A stretch of 64,000 nt of DNA, taken from positions 64,001 to 128,000 of the forward strand of contig CAXXJS010000050.1 of NCBI GenBank assembly GCA_963662665.2, written 5' to 3'. A program made the translations under genes and the position numbers. The notes under the pieces are model-generated. The model saw only the letters and a list, made by a program, of their open reading frames with translations. It searched no databases and was not told the DNA's origin. Origin of the DNA: Candidatus Latescibacterota bacterium. Lineage in GTDB: Bacteria; Latescibacterota; UBA2968; GCA-2709665. Positions 31,656 to 41,485 of the stretch are shown one piece after another; within the stretch, counting starts at the first letter, position 1; each line of letters begins with the position of its first letter.

Positions 31656-33332
31656 ATGCCCACCATTTCCGTCATCAGGAAAGACCTGGAACGACTCGCG
31701 GGCCATACCTACGACCTGACCGAACTCGAACACGCCCTCGAGACCGTCAAAGCCGAGGTCAGGGTCGAAGACGACTCCCGCTTAAGGATCCAGCTGAAGG
31801 ATACCAACCGGCCGGACCTCTGGTCGTCCGAGGGCGTCGCCCGGCTGCTCAAGGGCCATCGGAACGGCGGGCACCCGTCTTACCCATTTTTCGATGATCC
31901 CGCAGCCGGCCTCGAACTGCGGGTTGACCCCGCGCTGAACCGTATCCGGCCCTATATAGCCGCTTTCGCGTGTGAAGGGATTACGGTGGACGAATCGGCC
32001 CTGGAGCAACTCATAGAGGCCCAGGAAAAACTGGCGGAAGGATACGGTCGCGGACGGAGCGCCGTGGCCATCGGCATCTACGACGCTTCCGACGTCGTCT
32101 TTCCCGTCCACTACGCGGCCGCAGATCCGGACGCCGCGCGCTTTGTGCCGCTGGGGATGGATACCGGGTTGACGCTCCGGGAAATCCTGAGCGAGCATCC
32201 GACCGGCGAAACGTACGCGCATCTTCTTGAAGACTTCGACAGATTTCCCCTCATCACCGACAGCGGCGGAAGCGTGCTTTCCATGCCGCCTGTGATCAAC
32301 AGCCGGGACCCGGGCGCCGTGGAAACAGGCGATACGTTTCTGTTCTGCGAGGCCACAGGCACCGAGCTCGACGCCGTGCTGCTTTCCGTTTCCATAATGG
32401 CCGCCAACATGGCCGACCGCGGCGGGCGCATACTGCCCGTAAACACCATCTATCCATACGATACGCCGCGAGGGCGAGAGATCCAGTGCCCTCTCGACAT
32501 GACGGAATCCGTCGAGGTCAATCTCGACGACTTGCGGAGTGTCATCGGCGGCGACATCGACAGCGGGAAAATTGAAAGCGCCCTGTCCGGCATGGGGTAC
32601 CGGGACATCACTCTCGACCACGCCAGCGTCCGGGCGCGGCCTGCGCCCTACCGGGACGACATCCTCCATCCCGTGGACCTCATAGAGGACGTTATCGTGG
32701 CCGTGGGCTTCGACAACTTCGAGCCCGAAATGCCCCAGGATTTCACCGTGGGCAAGGCGGCGCCCGAGGAGGACCTCTCCGACCGCATCCGCGGCCTGAT
32801 GGTGGGTTGCGGGTTCCAGGAACTCTTTTTGCCCATTCTCTCCTCGCGCACCGACCTGACGGAGCGCATGCGCGACGCGGACGCCGAAATTGTCGAGATC
32901 TCCAACCCGATGTCCGAGAACTACAGCGCGGTTCGCAGCGCGCTCCTACCCGGGCTGCTCCGCGTGGAAGGGGCCAGCCGAAAGGCCCCATATCCCCACC
33001 GCGTCTTCGAAGTGGGCGAGGTCTCCGTTCTTGCGCCGGACGACCTCTATGGAACCCGTACCGAGATCCGAATTGCCGCGCTGGAAGCCCACGCCGAAGC
33101 CAATCTCTCGGGGGTCCAGAGCCACCTGGAAGCCCTGGCCTACTACCTCGGATTCGACTACAGTCTCACGCCGTTGGAGCATCCCACTTTCCTGACGGGT
33201 CGGGCGGGCGAGATTCGCGTGGACGGGAAGAGCTACGGCATCATCGGAGAAGTCCATCCCGAAGTCCTGGAAAACTGGGGCGTTTCCATACCGGTCAGCG
33301 CGTTCGAGATCAGCATTGCTATCGCCCGATAA
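31656..33332 (+). CDS. pheT: Phenylalanine-tRNA ligase beta subunit, short archaeal type
   Basis: MPTI start, NRPDLWS, SMPPVINS, RDDILHPVDLIED, GEVHPEVL; 558 aa. Confidence 0.93.
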   Translation: MPTISVIRKDLERLAGHTYDLTELEHALETVKAEVRVEDDSRLRIQLKDTNRPDLWSSEGVARLLKGHRNGGHPSYPFFDDPAAGLELRVDPALNRIRPYIAAFACEGITVDESALEQLIEAQEKLAEGYGRGRSAVAIGIYDASDVVFPVHYAAADPDAARFVPLGMDTGLTLREILSEHPTGETYAHLLEDFDRFPLITDSGGSVLSMPPVINSRDPGAVETGDTFLFCEATGTELDAVLLSVSIMAANMADRGGRILPVNTIYPYDTPRGREIQCPLDMTESVEVNLDDLRSVIGGDIDSGKIESALSGMGYRDITLDHASVRARPAPYRDDILHPVDLIEDVIVAVGFDNFEPEMPQDFTVGKAAPEEDLSDRIRGLMVGCGFQELFLPILSSRTDLTERMRDADAEIVEISNPMSENYSAVRSALLPGLLRVEGASRKAPYPHRVFEVGEVSVLAPDDLYGTRTEIRIAALEAHAEANLSGVQSHLEALAYYLGFDYSLTPLEHPTFLTGRAGEIRVDGKSYGIIGEVHPEVLENWGVSIPVSAFEISIAIAR

Positions 33333-33377
33333 CAACCCTGAATGCGATTAAACGCACAGCAGCGATCGGATAACAGG

Positions 33378-33414
33378 AACGGGTTACGCCAAAATGACGT
33401 AACCCGTTGTTTTT
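33378..33414. terminator. Terminator hairpin between pheT and tRNA-Leu
   Basis: AACGGGTTACG...CGTAACCCGTT stem followed by a T-tract on the plus strand. Confidence 0.7.
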
Positions 33415-33502
33415 TGGTGCCGAAGGGGGGACTCGAACCCCCACGAGCACAAGGCTCACTGCGCCCTGAACGCAGCGCGTCTACCAATTCCACCACTTCG
33501 GC
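33415..33502 (-). tRNA. tRNA-Leu(CAG)
   Basis: GCCGAAG acceptor stem, CTGCG-TTCAGGG-CGCAG anticodon arm, long variable arm, GGTTCGAGTCC, encoded CCA. Confidence 0.97.
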
Positions 33503-33548
33503 ATCTGATCCTGAGGCCTGCGGATTGGACCCCGCAAACGCGAATCAA

Positions 33549-33577
33549 AATATATAGAATCGCCATATGGTTGTCAA
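33549..33577 (-). promoter_or_regulatory. Promoter of tRNA-Leu
   Basis: TTGACA-17-TATATT on the minus strand. Confidence 0.65.
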
Positions 33578-34008
33578 GAATCGTCGGTCGCAAACAGAGA
33601 TCGGAATCCCTCGGGCATCCGCTTGGGTTTCCGCGTGGCGTAGTCCAGAAAGGCGATGCCGGTTTTGGCGCGGGCGACTTCCCGGCCCGTGTCCCTGTCG
33701 GTAATGCGGTAGAGGACGTCGCATCCGATGCGGCTGATTCCGTCGACGGCGACTTCGAAAGTCAGCGTCTGGCCGTAGAAAGCTTCGGACTTGTACTGGA
33801 TGACGGCGTCGACCATAATGATGCCCACCCCGTCCACGTCCAGTTCGCTGAAGCCGTAGCTTTCCAGAAAACGCACCCGCGCCTCGTGGACGAGCGAGAG
33901 CACGGCGTTGTTGTCCATGTGTCCGCCGTAGTTGATGTCGGAGACACGAAGGCGGACGTCGGTGGCGTATATGAAGGTCTCGGGGAGCCCGAGTTTGACG
34001 CGGGACAT
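33574..34008 (-). CDS. Acyl-CoA thioesterase (4HBT/hotdog fold)
   Basis: RVSDINYGGHMDN..HEARVRF; start MSRVKL at 34008. Confidence 0.85.
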   Translation of the reverse strand: MSRVKLGLPETFIYATDVRLRVSDINYGGHMDNNAVLSLVHEARVRFLESYGFSELDVDGVGIIMVDAVIQYKSEAFYGQTLTFEVAVDGISRIGCDVLYRITDRDTGREVARAKTGIAFLDYATRKPKRMPEGFRSLFATDDS

Positions 34009-34076
34009 AGCGGGAGCGGGGTATCCTTTCTTTCTGTCCGTAGACGGCCCCTTCGTCGCACCGGCGGCGTCGCGCC

Positions 34077-37000
34077 TCAGGGCAACGTCAGCCGCCAGAC
34101 GTCGTTCACGACCGGCCACGTGTTCCCCGCGACAACCCAGAGGCTGTTCCGGAATACGTAGCAGGTGGATTCGTGGCGGGGCGCAAAGCGGGTATCGGGT
34201 TTGAATTCGTGCCACTCTCTGCCGTCTTCAGTATACCAGACGTCCCCCAGGTTGACGGAATTGGCGTTGTCGTACCCTCCGATGATCCAGAGTCTGCCCG
34301 CGTAGACTTTCGAAATAAACCACATCCGCGGCGACCAGGGGGCGTGTTCGAGCACGCGGGTCCAGATGACGCCGTCTTCCGAACACCAGACGTCGTTCAG
34401 GGTCGTGTAGTCGGCGTAGCCCTTTTCGGGGGGGTCGTTACGTTGAACGATGCGGCCCCCCATCACCCAAAGCCTGTCGTTGTACGCAGCCACGGCGGCT
34501 GCGGACCGGTTTCCGTACGGGGCGCTGGGCGTTGCCCGCGTCCACGCGATGCCGTCACCCGAATGCCAAACGTCACGTCCGCTGCCAAGCTGCCACATGC
34601 GTTCGCGGTGGACCACCAGTTCGCCGTATCCCCGCGGGCCGAAGGGGGTCTCTTCCAGTACGCGGGTCCATTCAACGCCGTTCCGGGAGTTCCAGACGCT
34701 TCCCTTGACGGCCCAGATTCTGTCCTTGTAGGCCGTCATTTCGCTGTACCCGTCATAGGGGGTGGCTTCGCTCACCAGATGCCAGCTGATGCCGTCGGAT
34801 GAATTCCAGAGATCCCTGGAAAGGATGCCGGAGTGGTAGTAGGCGTTGCTGATCCAGAGTTTGTCCTGAAAGACCACGTCTTCGGAGGTGTCGCGCGGCG
34901 TGAACGGCGCGTTGTGAACCAGGTTGATCCAGTCGCCGGTTCTGGTGGCGTTTACGCCGGACGTGTTGATGCGCAGGCTGGCCACGGTGGGGATTTCTGC
35001 GGTCGCCGGGCCGGCCCATGAACGCCCGGGAAAGAACAGGAGCCGTCCGCCGTCCGCCGTTATTTCGTATCCGGGGTCATCCTCCAGTTCCAGCAGGGTA
35101 CCGCCTTCCTCCTGGTGATGTATGGTTTTGATTTTGTGGCCGTAGGTGAATCCGTCGCCGTCCGCGACAATGGCGGTGAGGCCCGCGAGATCTACGCCGG
35201 TAGGAAGATCGGTATCGATGAGGAGCCCGTCGACGTCGTCGCCCGCGGCTTTGCGCCTGGTCTTGAGAACAACGCCGGTGCGCGTGCCCCGTCCCCCAAG
35301 TGCACGGTTGCCCTTTTCGAGAAGCGTACCCCCGATGAGGATCATCTGTTCGACTTCGCCGTTTCGTACTCTGACAAAGCCGACGCGGCCGCGGAAGCTG
35401 ATGTCTCCGTACGTAAGCGTGCGGTCGGCGTCTGTCGCCGAAAGGATGTAGTCGGTGACGTCGCCGGATACAATTCTGAGCGCGATATCCATGTCGGTAC
35501 CGCCATCCAGCTCCAGACGGTCCGCGCTGGAAATGTCGGGACCTTCGCCACCGGGTTCCAGTACCGTGCTGAAGAGCGTGGCGAGGTTTTCTCCTTCCCG
35601 GCGATGGACCAGCATCGGCATGGTGATCTCGTCGAGGCGAGTGTCGTCCTCGTCGGCATTCCGGATGGAGGGCGCCCGGGCGGCGAAAAGGTCTCCGTCG
35701 GGGTGGGTCAGGCTGTGTACGCGTATTGAACCCGCGGGCTTCGCCTGGCTTGTGAACGTCGCGTTCCACTCTCGGGTGACGTTGGCGCGCCGCACGTCGC
35801 GGATGAACGCGTATCCCAGGTTGTGTCCCCCGGCGTCGCCCTTGACGCTCTCTCCGGTGGGCAGGTTGGCGTTCACGCCCGCCGGGAGCAGCGTGTTCCC
35901 GTGGTCTTCTGCCGGAAGGTCGACTTCAACGGCGCCGTCGTGGTCGGCATCGCCCGTCAGGATGTATTCGTGGCGATGGCCGCCGGCAACCCTGAACAGA
36001 TCGACGACGTACGTCTGTCCGGACGACAGGCCGATCTGAATCAGCAGCCGCCGGTAGGTTGAGGTGACGCCCGGATAGGCGCGGTCGCCAGAGGCTTCGA
36101 TGGCCTGAAAAGTGTCGCTGTGCGGCGCGAAAAGCAGGAGGTTTCCGTCCGAAGGCGTGTTTTCGGAGCCGTATGCCTGGTCCTCGCCGTCCACGGCCAC
36201 CGTATTGTGCGACAGCGTGGAGATGGTCCAGCACCGGTGGCGCGTGTGGGTATAGCCGATATCGCTCAGGCGCTCCTGCCCGCGCGCGTAAAGGGTGAGG
36301 CTCAACAGGTCCGCGTGCTGGTGTCCGTAACCTCCTGAGAAGTGGAGATAGGTCTGGGTCCGGTTTTCGCCCTTTCCCATATCCAGGCGGGCGTGTCCCA
36401 TGCCGGGCAGGAGCATGGGCCCGGACGATTCAGGCGCCGCCCTTTTGTCCTTTGCCCAGGTGTCGTGCGTGGGCACCACCCGGCCGTTGGGATAACGGAG
36501 AAGGTCGGGGATGCCCGCTGCCTTTACCAGAATGGGAAAACGGGCGTTCAGGTCCAGATTGTCGTAGCGTTCGCCGTCGACGGGATGGACGTATCCGTCC
36601 GGGTCGCTGTAACCGTTCAGCCTCTCCATCACCTGCCTGAGCCCGCCGATGGTCTGGTTGTGATAGGAAACCGCGCCTTCGCGCCACACGCCGTCCACGA
36701 GGAAGTTGGCGGCGACGAGTCTCTCGACGCGGTCGACCGCGTCGTGGATATAGTCCGGTTCATTCAGGACCCGTCCGGCGGCGACCATACCGCGCAGCAG
36801 CGTGGGGTCCATATTGCCCAGTGCGGGCGGGAAGCCCCGGATGAAGGACACGCTGGCGCGGAAGAACCCGTCTTCGATACGTCGGACCATCGTACTGTCA
36901 AGTTCCCCGCTGTCCCGGATGAGGTCGTAAGCGTAGATGAGGTTCTCCGGAATGTCCATGTACGCCCACCAGTCCCACTTGGATGCGCGGTAGTCCTGAA

Positions 37001-37691
37001 CCGGATACGGAAACCCCTGGTTGCCCGGGAAGATGATCTTCTGCCGGAAGGGCAGGTCGTGGTGGACGCAGTACCCCGGATAGACTTCGGCGAAGCGGTT
37101 CAGAATGAGGGCCGCGCGGCGGGCATAGGATCGATCTCCGGTGGCGCAATAGAGTACCGACAGGTCGTGGGCGGTCCCGGCAAAATACGCCCGAGCCAGG
37201 TACCAGCCCTTGGCCTGAAAGAAATGCCGGTATCCGGTGTCGTCCGCCCAGAAAGGATATTCCTGGGTCTGGCCCACGGGGTTGACGACGCTCAGGATCT
37301 CGGTATCGGGGAACTGCGCGTTGGGATACCTGAGCCCGCAGTATTTGCAGAAGACGCGGTCCGGGTCCTGGATCGACCAGTCGATCTGGCCCTCCTGCGC
37401 CCCGCCGTCGCAATTTGGGCAGTCTACAAAGTAGATGCCGGACCGTTCGGGGATGAGGCGCAGTATTTCGTCCTCTGAAAGTGTGAGAACCGGTTCGAGG
37501 TTTCGACGCAGCCGCTCCACGTCGGATTCGTCCAGGTCCGGCGGAAAGACTGGGTCCGCCTCCGCGGGGTTCGGCCGGAATGCGAGAAGGAACAGAAGGA
37601 GTACGGCCGCGAAAACGAGCATGATAATTCTTCCTTTCGAATCTGAGCGTTCCACAACGGTTGCGACGCGGATCTGGCCTGACTCATTCAT
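34077..37691 (-). CDS. Secreted heparinase II/III-like protein with C-terminal Kelch repeats
   Basis: Signal peptide (start may be 37622), EGAVSYH, GHQHADLL, TLSHNTV; C-terminal LWVMGG/LNDVW Kelch units. Confidence 0.78.
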   Translation of the reverse strand: MNESGQIRVATVVERSDSKGRIIMLVFAAVLLLFLLAFRPNPAEADPVFPPDLDESDVERLRRNLEPVLTLSEDEILRLIPERSGIYFVDCPNCDGGAQEGQIDWSIQDPDRVFCKYCGLRYPNAQFPDTEILSVVNPVGQTQEYPFWADDTGYRHFFQAKGWYLARAYFAGTAHDLSVLYCATGDRSYARRAALILNRFAEVYPGYCVHHDLPFRQKIIFPGNQGFPYPVQDYRASKWDWWAYMDIPENLIYAYDLIRDSGELDSTMVRRIEDGFFRASVSFIRGFPPALGNMDPTLLRGMVAAGRVLNEPDYIHDAVDRVERLVAANFLVDGVWREGAVSYHNQTIGGLRQVMERLNGYSDPDGYVHPVDGERYDNLDLNARFPILVKAAGIPDLLRYPNGRVVPTHDTWAKDKRAAPESSGPMLLPGMGHARLDMGKGENRTQTYLHFSGGYGHQHADLLSLTLYARGQERLSDIGYTHTRHRCWTISTLSHNTVAVDGEDQAYGSENTPSDGNLLLFAPHSDTFQAIEASGDRAYPGVTSTYRRLLIQIGLSSGQTYVVDLFRVAGGHRHEYILTGDADHDGAVEVDLPAEDHGNTLLPAGVNANLPTGESVKGDAGGHNLGYAFIRDVRRANVTREWNATFTSQAKPAGSIRVHSLTHPDGDLFAARAPSIRNADEDDTRLDEITMPMLVHRREGENLATLFSTVLEPGGEGPDISSADRLELDGGTDMDIALRIVSGDVTDYILSATDADRTLTYGDISFRGRVGFVRVRNGEVEQMILIGGTLLEKGNRALGGRGTRTGVVLKTRRKAAGDDVDGLLIDTDLPTGVDLAGLTAIVADGDGFTYGHKIKTIHHQEEGGTLLELEDDPGYEITADGGRLLFFPGRSWAGPATAEIPTVASLRINTSGVNATRTGDWINLVHNAPFTPRDTSEDVVFQDKLWISNAYYHSGILSRDLWNSSDGISWHLVSEATPYDGYSEMTAYKDRIWAVKGSVWNSRNGVEWTRVLEETPFGPRGYGELVVHRERMWQLGSGRDVWHSGDGIAWTRATPSAPYGNRSAAAVAAYNDRLWVMGGRIVQRNDPPEKGYADYTTLNDVWCSEDGVIWTRVLEHAPWSPRMWFISKVYAGRLWIIGGYDNANSVNLGDVWYTEDGREWHEFKPDTRFAPRHESTCYVFRNSLWVVAGNTWPVVNDVWRLTLP

Positions 37692-37786
37692 GCACTAATT
37701 GGCGCGGATAGCTGTCTGATTCGCGCATCAACTCAGGCACGCCCGCGCACATCGACCGGTCGAGCCGTTGAGGAAGCGGGTGCGTA

Positions 37787-39355
37787 TCAGACCGCCGACG
37801 ATGCGTTGCGGCGCAGGACCCGCCCATGGAGCGCCCCGGTGGGGACGCCGCCTTCCACCGCCGGCTTTCCGTTGACCATCACACAGGAGATACCAACGGG
37901 ACCCCCGGTTGGGTTTTCGAACGTGGCGGTTGAGTCAATGGTACGAGGATCGAAGATCACAATGTCGGCGGCTTTGCCGGCGGCAATCTCGCCCCGATCG
38001 GCAAGCCCGAATCGCCGGGCGGGGAAACCGCTCATTTTATGGATGGCTTCGGCGAGAGACACCAGGTTTTTCTCCCGGACGAATACGCCCGGTACGCGCG
38101 CGAAACAGCCGAAGCCCCTGGGGTGGGGATGGCGCACGTTATATATGCCGTCGCTCGCAAGCATCATCCGGGGGTGCGTGACGGTGTTCTCAACTGTGTT
38201 TTCGTTGATTTCGGGTGGGTCCTGCCACGGGAAGACGTAGGTGGACAGGCCTTCTTCCTCCAGGATCAGATCGTAGGCGAAGTCCTCCGGAGCAACGCCG
38301 GCCCCGGCAGCCAGGTCCGATAGCGTGGCGCCTACGTATCGCCCCGATCGCGTGTGGCCGACCACCTGGTTGCAGAGGCCCAACCAGCCGCGGAGATGGG
38401 GAAGGATCCGTTCCTTCGCCGCTGGGTCCGACAGGTGTTCCAGTACGTCGGATGGGGCGCCGACCTGGTCTTCAACGGGCAGCATGATTGTCATGTGCGA
38501 CATCCCTGCAGGGTAGAGGTAGGACTCGAAGCTGAGGTCTATGTCTTCCCTTTCGGCAAGCTCGAGAAGCTCGGCGCCTTCCCGGTCCGCCCGTTCGTGC
38601 GAATGGTGAACCGGAATGCCGGATTGCCGGAAGATCTCAAAGGTTTCCTTCCAGGCCTCCGCCCGGCCGAGAATGTGGTTGCGGATGTGCGCCGCGTAAA
38701 TGCCCCCGTAGGACGCCGCCACCTTGCACAGCTCAACGAGTTCGCGCAGGTCGGAATTGGCGCTGGGCTGGTAGTCCAGACCCAGACAGAGGCAGCCGGC
38801 GCCCGCTTCCATCCATTGCCGCACCAGGTCAGCCATGGCGTCAATCTGCGCGTCGGTGGCCGGGCCCGGCGCCCAGCCGCAGACCTTGAGGCGCACGGCG
38901 CAGTGGGGTACCTGCGGGTAGACGTTGCACGGGCTGTTGCCGGGAAAAAGATCCAGGTACTCTTCGATGGTTTCCCAGGTGAGGTCGATATCCGCCGCGC
39001 CGGCGGCGAAGCGGGTGTATTCCCACATCTGGCCGCGCAGGTCCGGAGGCAACGGCGCCCATCCGAATCCGTCCGGCGCCAGAAGCTGGGTGGTAACGCC
39101 CTGTACAACGCCCGAAAACCGGTGGCTTCCGGTCAGAAGGGCGGGTTCGCAGTGCACGTGGACGTCGATGAATCCGGGGCAGACTACGTGGCCGCGGGCA
39201 TCGACCTCCCGTTCCGCGCGGGCATCGGCCAGATCGCCCACGGCGGCGATTCGGTCGCCCGTGACGGCGATATCCGCCAGGAACGGTTCACGTGCGCCAG
39301 TGCCGTCAACTACGAGGCCGTTACGTATGAGAATGTCAAATGCCATGGGGTTCAC
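37787..39355 (-). CDS. N-acyl-D-amino-acid deacylase (amidohydrolase)
   Basis: PGFIDVHVH, HPHPRGFGCF, GKAADIVIFD. Confidence 0.85.
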   Translation of the reverse strand: MNPMAFDILIRNGLVVDGTGAREPFLADIAVTGDRIAAVGDLADARAEREVDARGHVVCPGFIDVHVHCEPALLTGSHRFSGVVQGVTTQLLAPDGFGWAPLPPDLRGQMWEYTRFAAGAADIDLTWETIEEYLDLFPGNSPCNVYPQVPHCAVRLKVCGWAPGPATDAQIDAMADLVRQWMEAGAGCLCLGLDYQPSANSDLRELVELCKVAASYGGIYAAHIRNHILGRAEAWKETFEIFRQSGIPVHHSHERADREGAELLELAEREDIDLSFESYLYPAGMSHMTIMLPVEDQVGAPSDVLEHLSDPAAKERILPHLRGWLGLCNQVVGHTRSGRYVGATLSDLAAGAGVAPEDFAYDLILEEEGLSTYVFPWQDPPEINENTVENTVTHPRMMLASDGIYNVRHPHPRGFGCFARVPGVFVREKNLVSLAEAIHKMSGFPARRFGLADRGEIAAGKAADIVIFDPRTIDSTATFENPTGGPVGISCVMVNGKPAVEGGVPTGALHGRVLRRNASSAV

Positions 39356-39461
39356 CCTCCGGTCTTCCTGGCGACTCCTGTATTGCCCCGTCGTGACGAT
39401 TGAGGATACCGGCGGAAGATAAGCACGATTCTCTTCAGACGCACCGAAATTGTGGCGGAGG

Positions 39462-41429
39462 CTACCAGTCGTTCAGTTTGTGCCCGTCTCCGTTGAACCA
39501 GATAACGTCCGTGACGACCCCCAGACCCACGCCAACGAGATAACCCATGAACATTCCCAGAAACAGGGGAGCCATTCGTCTGTAGCTGTTGAGGCCTCCG
39601 TACCTCAGTATCAGGGCCTTGGTGAGCCAGGCAATGAAAATGGAGGTGACGCTGCTTCTGAGCACGTTGGATGCTGAAATGGTGAAGCCGATGGGATGGA
39701 TGGGGAATCCCGGGAATCGGAATCTAAGGAATAACAGGAGTCCGGTGAAAGCGGCGCCAATACCGAAGAAACCGACGCGGTCCCAGCTTGTGGCGGCGGT
39801 TCCCTGCTGGATGCGGGCGGTGGTATACCGCCAGATGCCCACCGCGCCGTCTCCGGAGCCGTTGAAGCTGACCACGCCGAAGTTGTAACTGCCCGCGCCG
39901 TAATACCCCTGATAGAGAATGAACGCAATTACGGAAAGGGCGCCGCCCAGGGCGCCCATCAGTACGCCGGGCGCAAGCAGGCGTCGACGTTCGGCCCGCA
40001 TAGCCATACCCAGCCGGGGGATGTGGGCGAGGGCCGTGATACCCCAGGTCTTGGCGTCGCAGAAAAACGTGTAAGTCAGGCCCAGGGCCACCGCGCTGTG
40101 CGCGCCCATCCCTGAAATGCCGAAGAGGTGCCACGTGAATGCCTGGGCCGTGATGGGACCGCGCAGGTACACGAGACCGCTCTCGACAATGATGCGCGCA
40201 AGGCCCAGGTAGAGCACGAGGGTTGCGAACCAGAAAGCGAGCAGGGGGCCGGCAGCCATTCCTGCGTGGAAGAGCCACAGCAGAAGATACGCGCAACCGG
40301 CCAGGAGCAGGTACACGGCCGTGCGGTAGGAGATGAGTTCGTGCGTGTCGTCGATGAGGTTGTCCGCGTCCCCGCGTTCGGCAAGCGCCGTGCGCGTAAA
40401 TGCCTTCCTGAATACGGCGGCCAGATGGCTCCGTGCAACCCAGAGGCCCCAGCCCACAAAAACAGCGAGACCGCCGAAACTCTGCCAGCCGATGGCGGGA
40501 TCGAACGAGCACCACATATCCGAACCGCCGATGCTGAATCCCGTGCGATTGAAGACGCCGACCTGCAGGATGGCCAGCAGGTGGAAGAGCCAGATACTGA
40601 ACAGGACGCTCGATTCCGTGAAGTACGCGAACGCGATCGTCATCGGATGGACCGAAAAGGCGAAGTAGGGGAAGCCCTGGCCGATGCGGATAATCTTGCG
40701 GCTCAGGACGGTCATGGGCACGTCCAGGACGGGTATGGCTCTTACGAACCAGGTCGCGATATTCCAGCAGAAGATGGCAACGATCAGCCAGAACCCGATT
40801 TGGAACAGGCGCGACCGGACCAGGGTCGCCAGGCTCCTTTCCGTGCCGGTTACCCCCGTGAGTTCCAGCACGGCGGTGGCGATCGGGAACGTCAGGCGTT
40901 CGTTGTCCATCCACTGTTTGCGAAGGATCACAACCAGGCAGAAACTGACGGTGAGCACGGATCCGAGAAACCCGGCCCACCAGAAAAAGGGCGCGGCCCA
41001 GGCGGCCCAAGGAAATTTCTGGCCTTTAAATAGACTCTCATAAAAGCCGGTGGCGGCCGCCGGATCAGAGACAATGGCCCAGGATGGGATCCTTGCGAGC
41101 AGGTGTTCCGTCCATTGATTCTCGGGGGTTGCGAAGTAGGTGGGCGCGGTGACCACACCCAGGAGATAGCCCGAGAGCCATTCGCCCTGCATGGTTGAGG
41201 CAACCATTCCGATGCAGCAGATGGCGAGCAATTCCGAGGCCGACAGGCCGCGGCCGCGCCGATACAGCGGGAGATTGAGCCCCAGCAGGCAAACGAAGGG
41301 TATGAGCAGGGCCACGGACAGGTGCGCGTAGTCGGCCCGCGATGAATGGGCGATCAGGCTGGAGTACGTGGGCCAGAGGTTGACCCACACGGCCATGGCC
41401 AGGCCAACGAGGAGTGCGCGCAGCGTCAT
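39462..41429 (-). CDS. Polytopic membrane protein (DUF6785/DUF6784-like putative transporter)
   Basis: Many TM segments; YFATPENQW, LRKQWMDNERLTFP, FPIHPIGF, PLFLG. Confidence 0.7.
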   Translation of the reverse strand: MTLRALLVGLAMAVWVNLWPTYSSLIAHSSRADYAHLSVALLIPFVCLLGLNLPLYRRGRGLSASELLAICCIGMVASTMQGEWLSGYLLGVVTAPTYFATPENQWTEHLLARIPSWAIVSDPAAATGFYESLFKGQKFPWAAWAAPFFWWAGFLGSVLTVSFCLVVILRKQWMDNERLTFPIATAVLELTGVTGTERSLATLVRSRLFQIGFWLIVAIFCWNIATWFVRAIPVLDVPMTVLSRKIIRIGQGFPYFAFSVHPMTIAFAYFTESSVLFSIWLFHLLAILQVGVFNRTGFSIGGSDMWCSFDPAIGWQSFGGLAVFVGWGLWVARSHLAAVFRKAFTRTALAERGDADNLIDDTHELISYRTAVYLLLAGCAYLLLWLFHAGMAAGPLLAFWFATLVLYLGLARIIVESGLVYLRGPITAQAFTWHLFGISGMGAHSAVALGLTYTFFCDAKTWGITALAHIPRLGMAMRAERRRLLAPGVLMGALGGALSVIAFILYQGYYGAGSYNFGVVSFNGSGDGAVGIWRYTTARIQQGTAATSWDRVGFFGIGAAFTGLLLFLRFRFPGFPIHPIGFTISASNVLRSSVTSIFIAWLTKALILRYGGLNSYRRMAPLFLGMFMGYLVGVGLGVVTDVIWFNGDGHKLNDW

Positions 41430-41485
41430 GATGTCCGCCGTCGGATGTCGGAAGGGGTTGCGCCCGTGTCAAGCCGGAGACGGGA

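Noticed and set aside
33333-33560. tRNA-Leu as an island integration site
   Set aside because: No integrase, and I saw no duplicated tRNA 3' end; the flanks are core genes.
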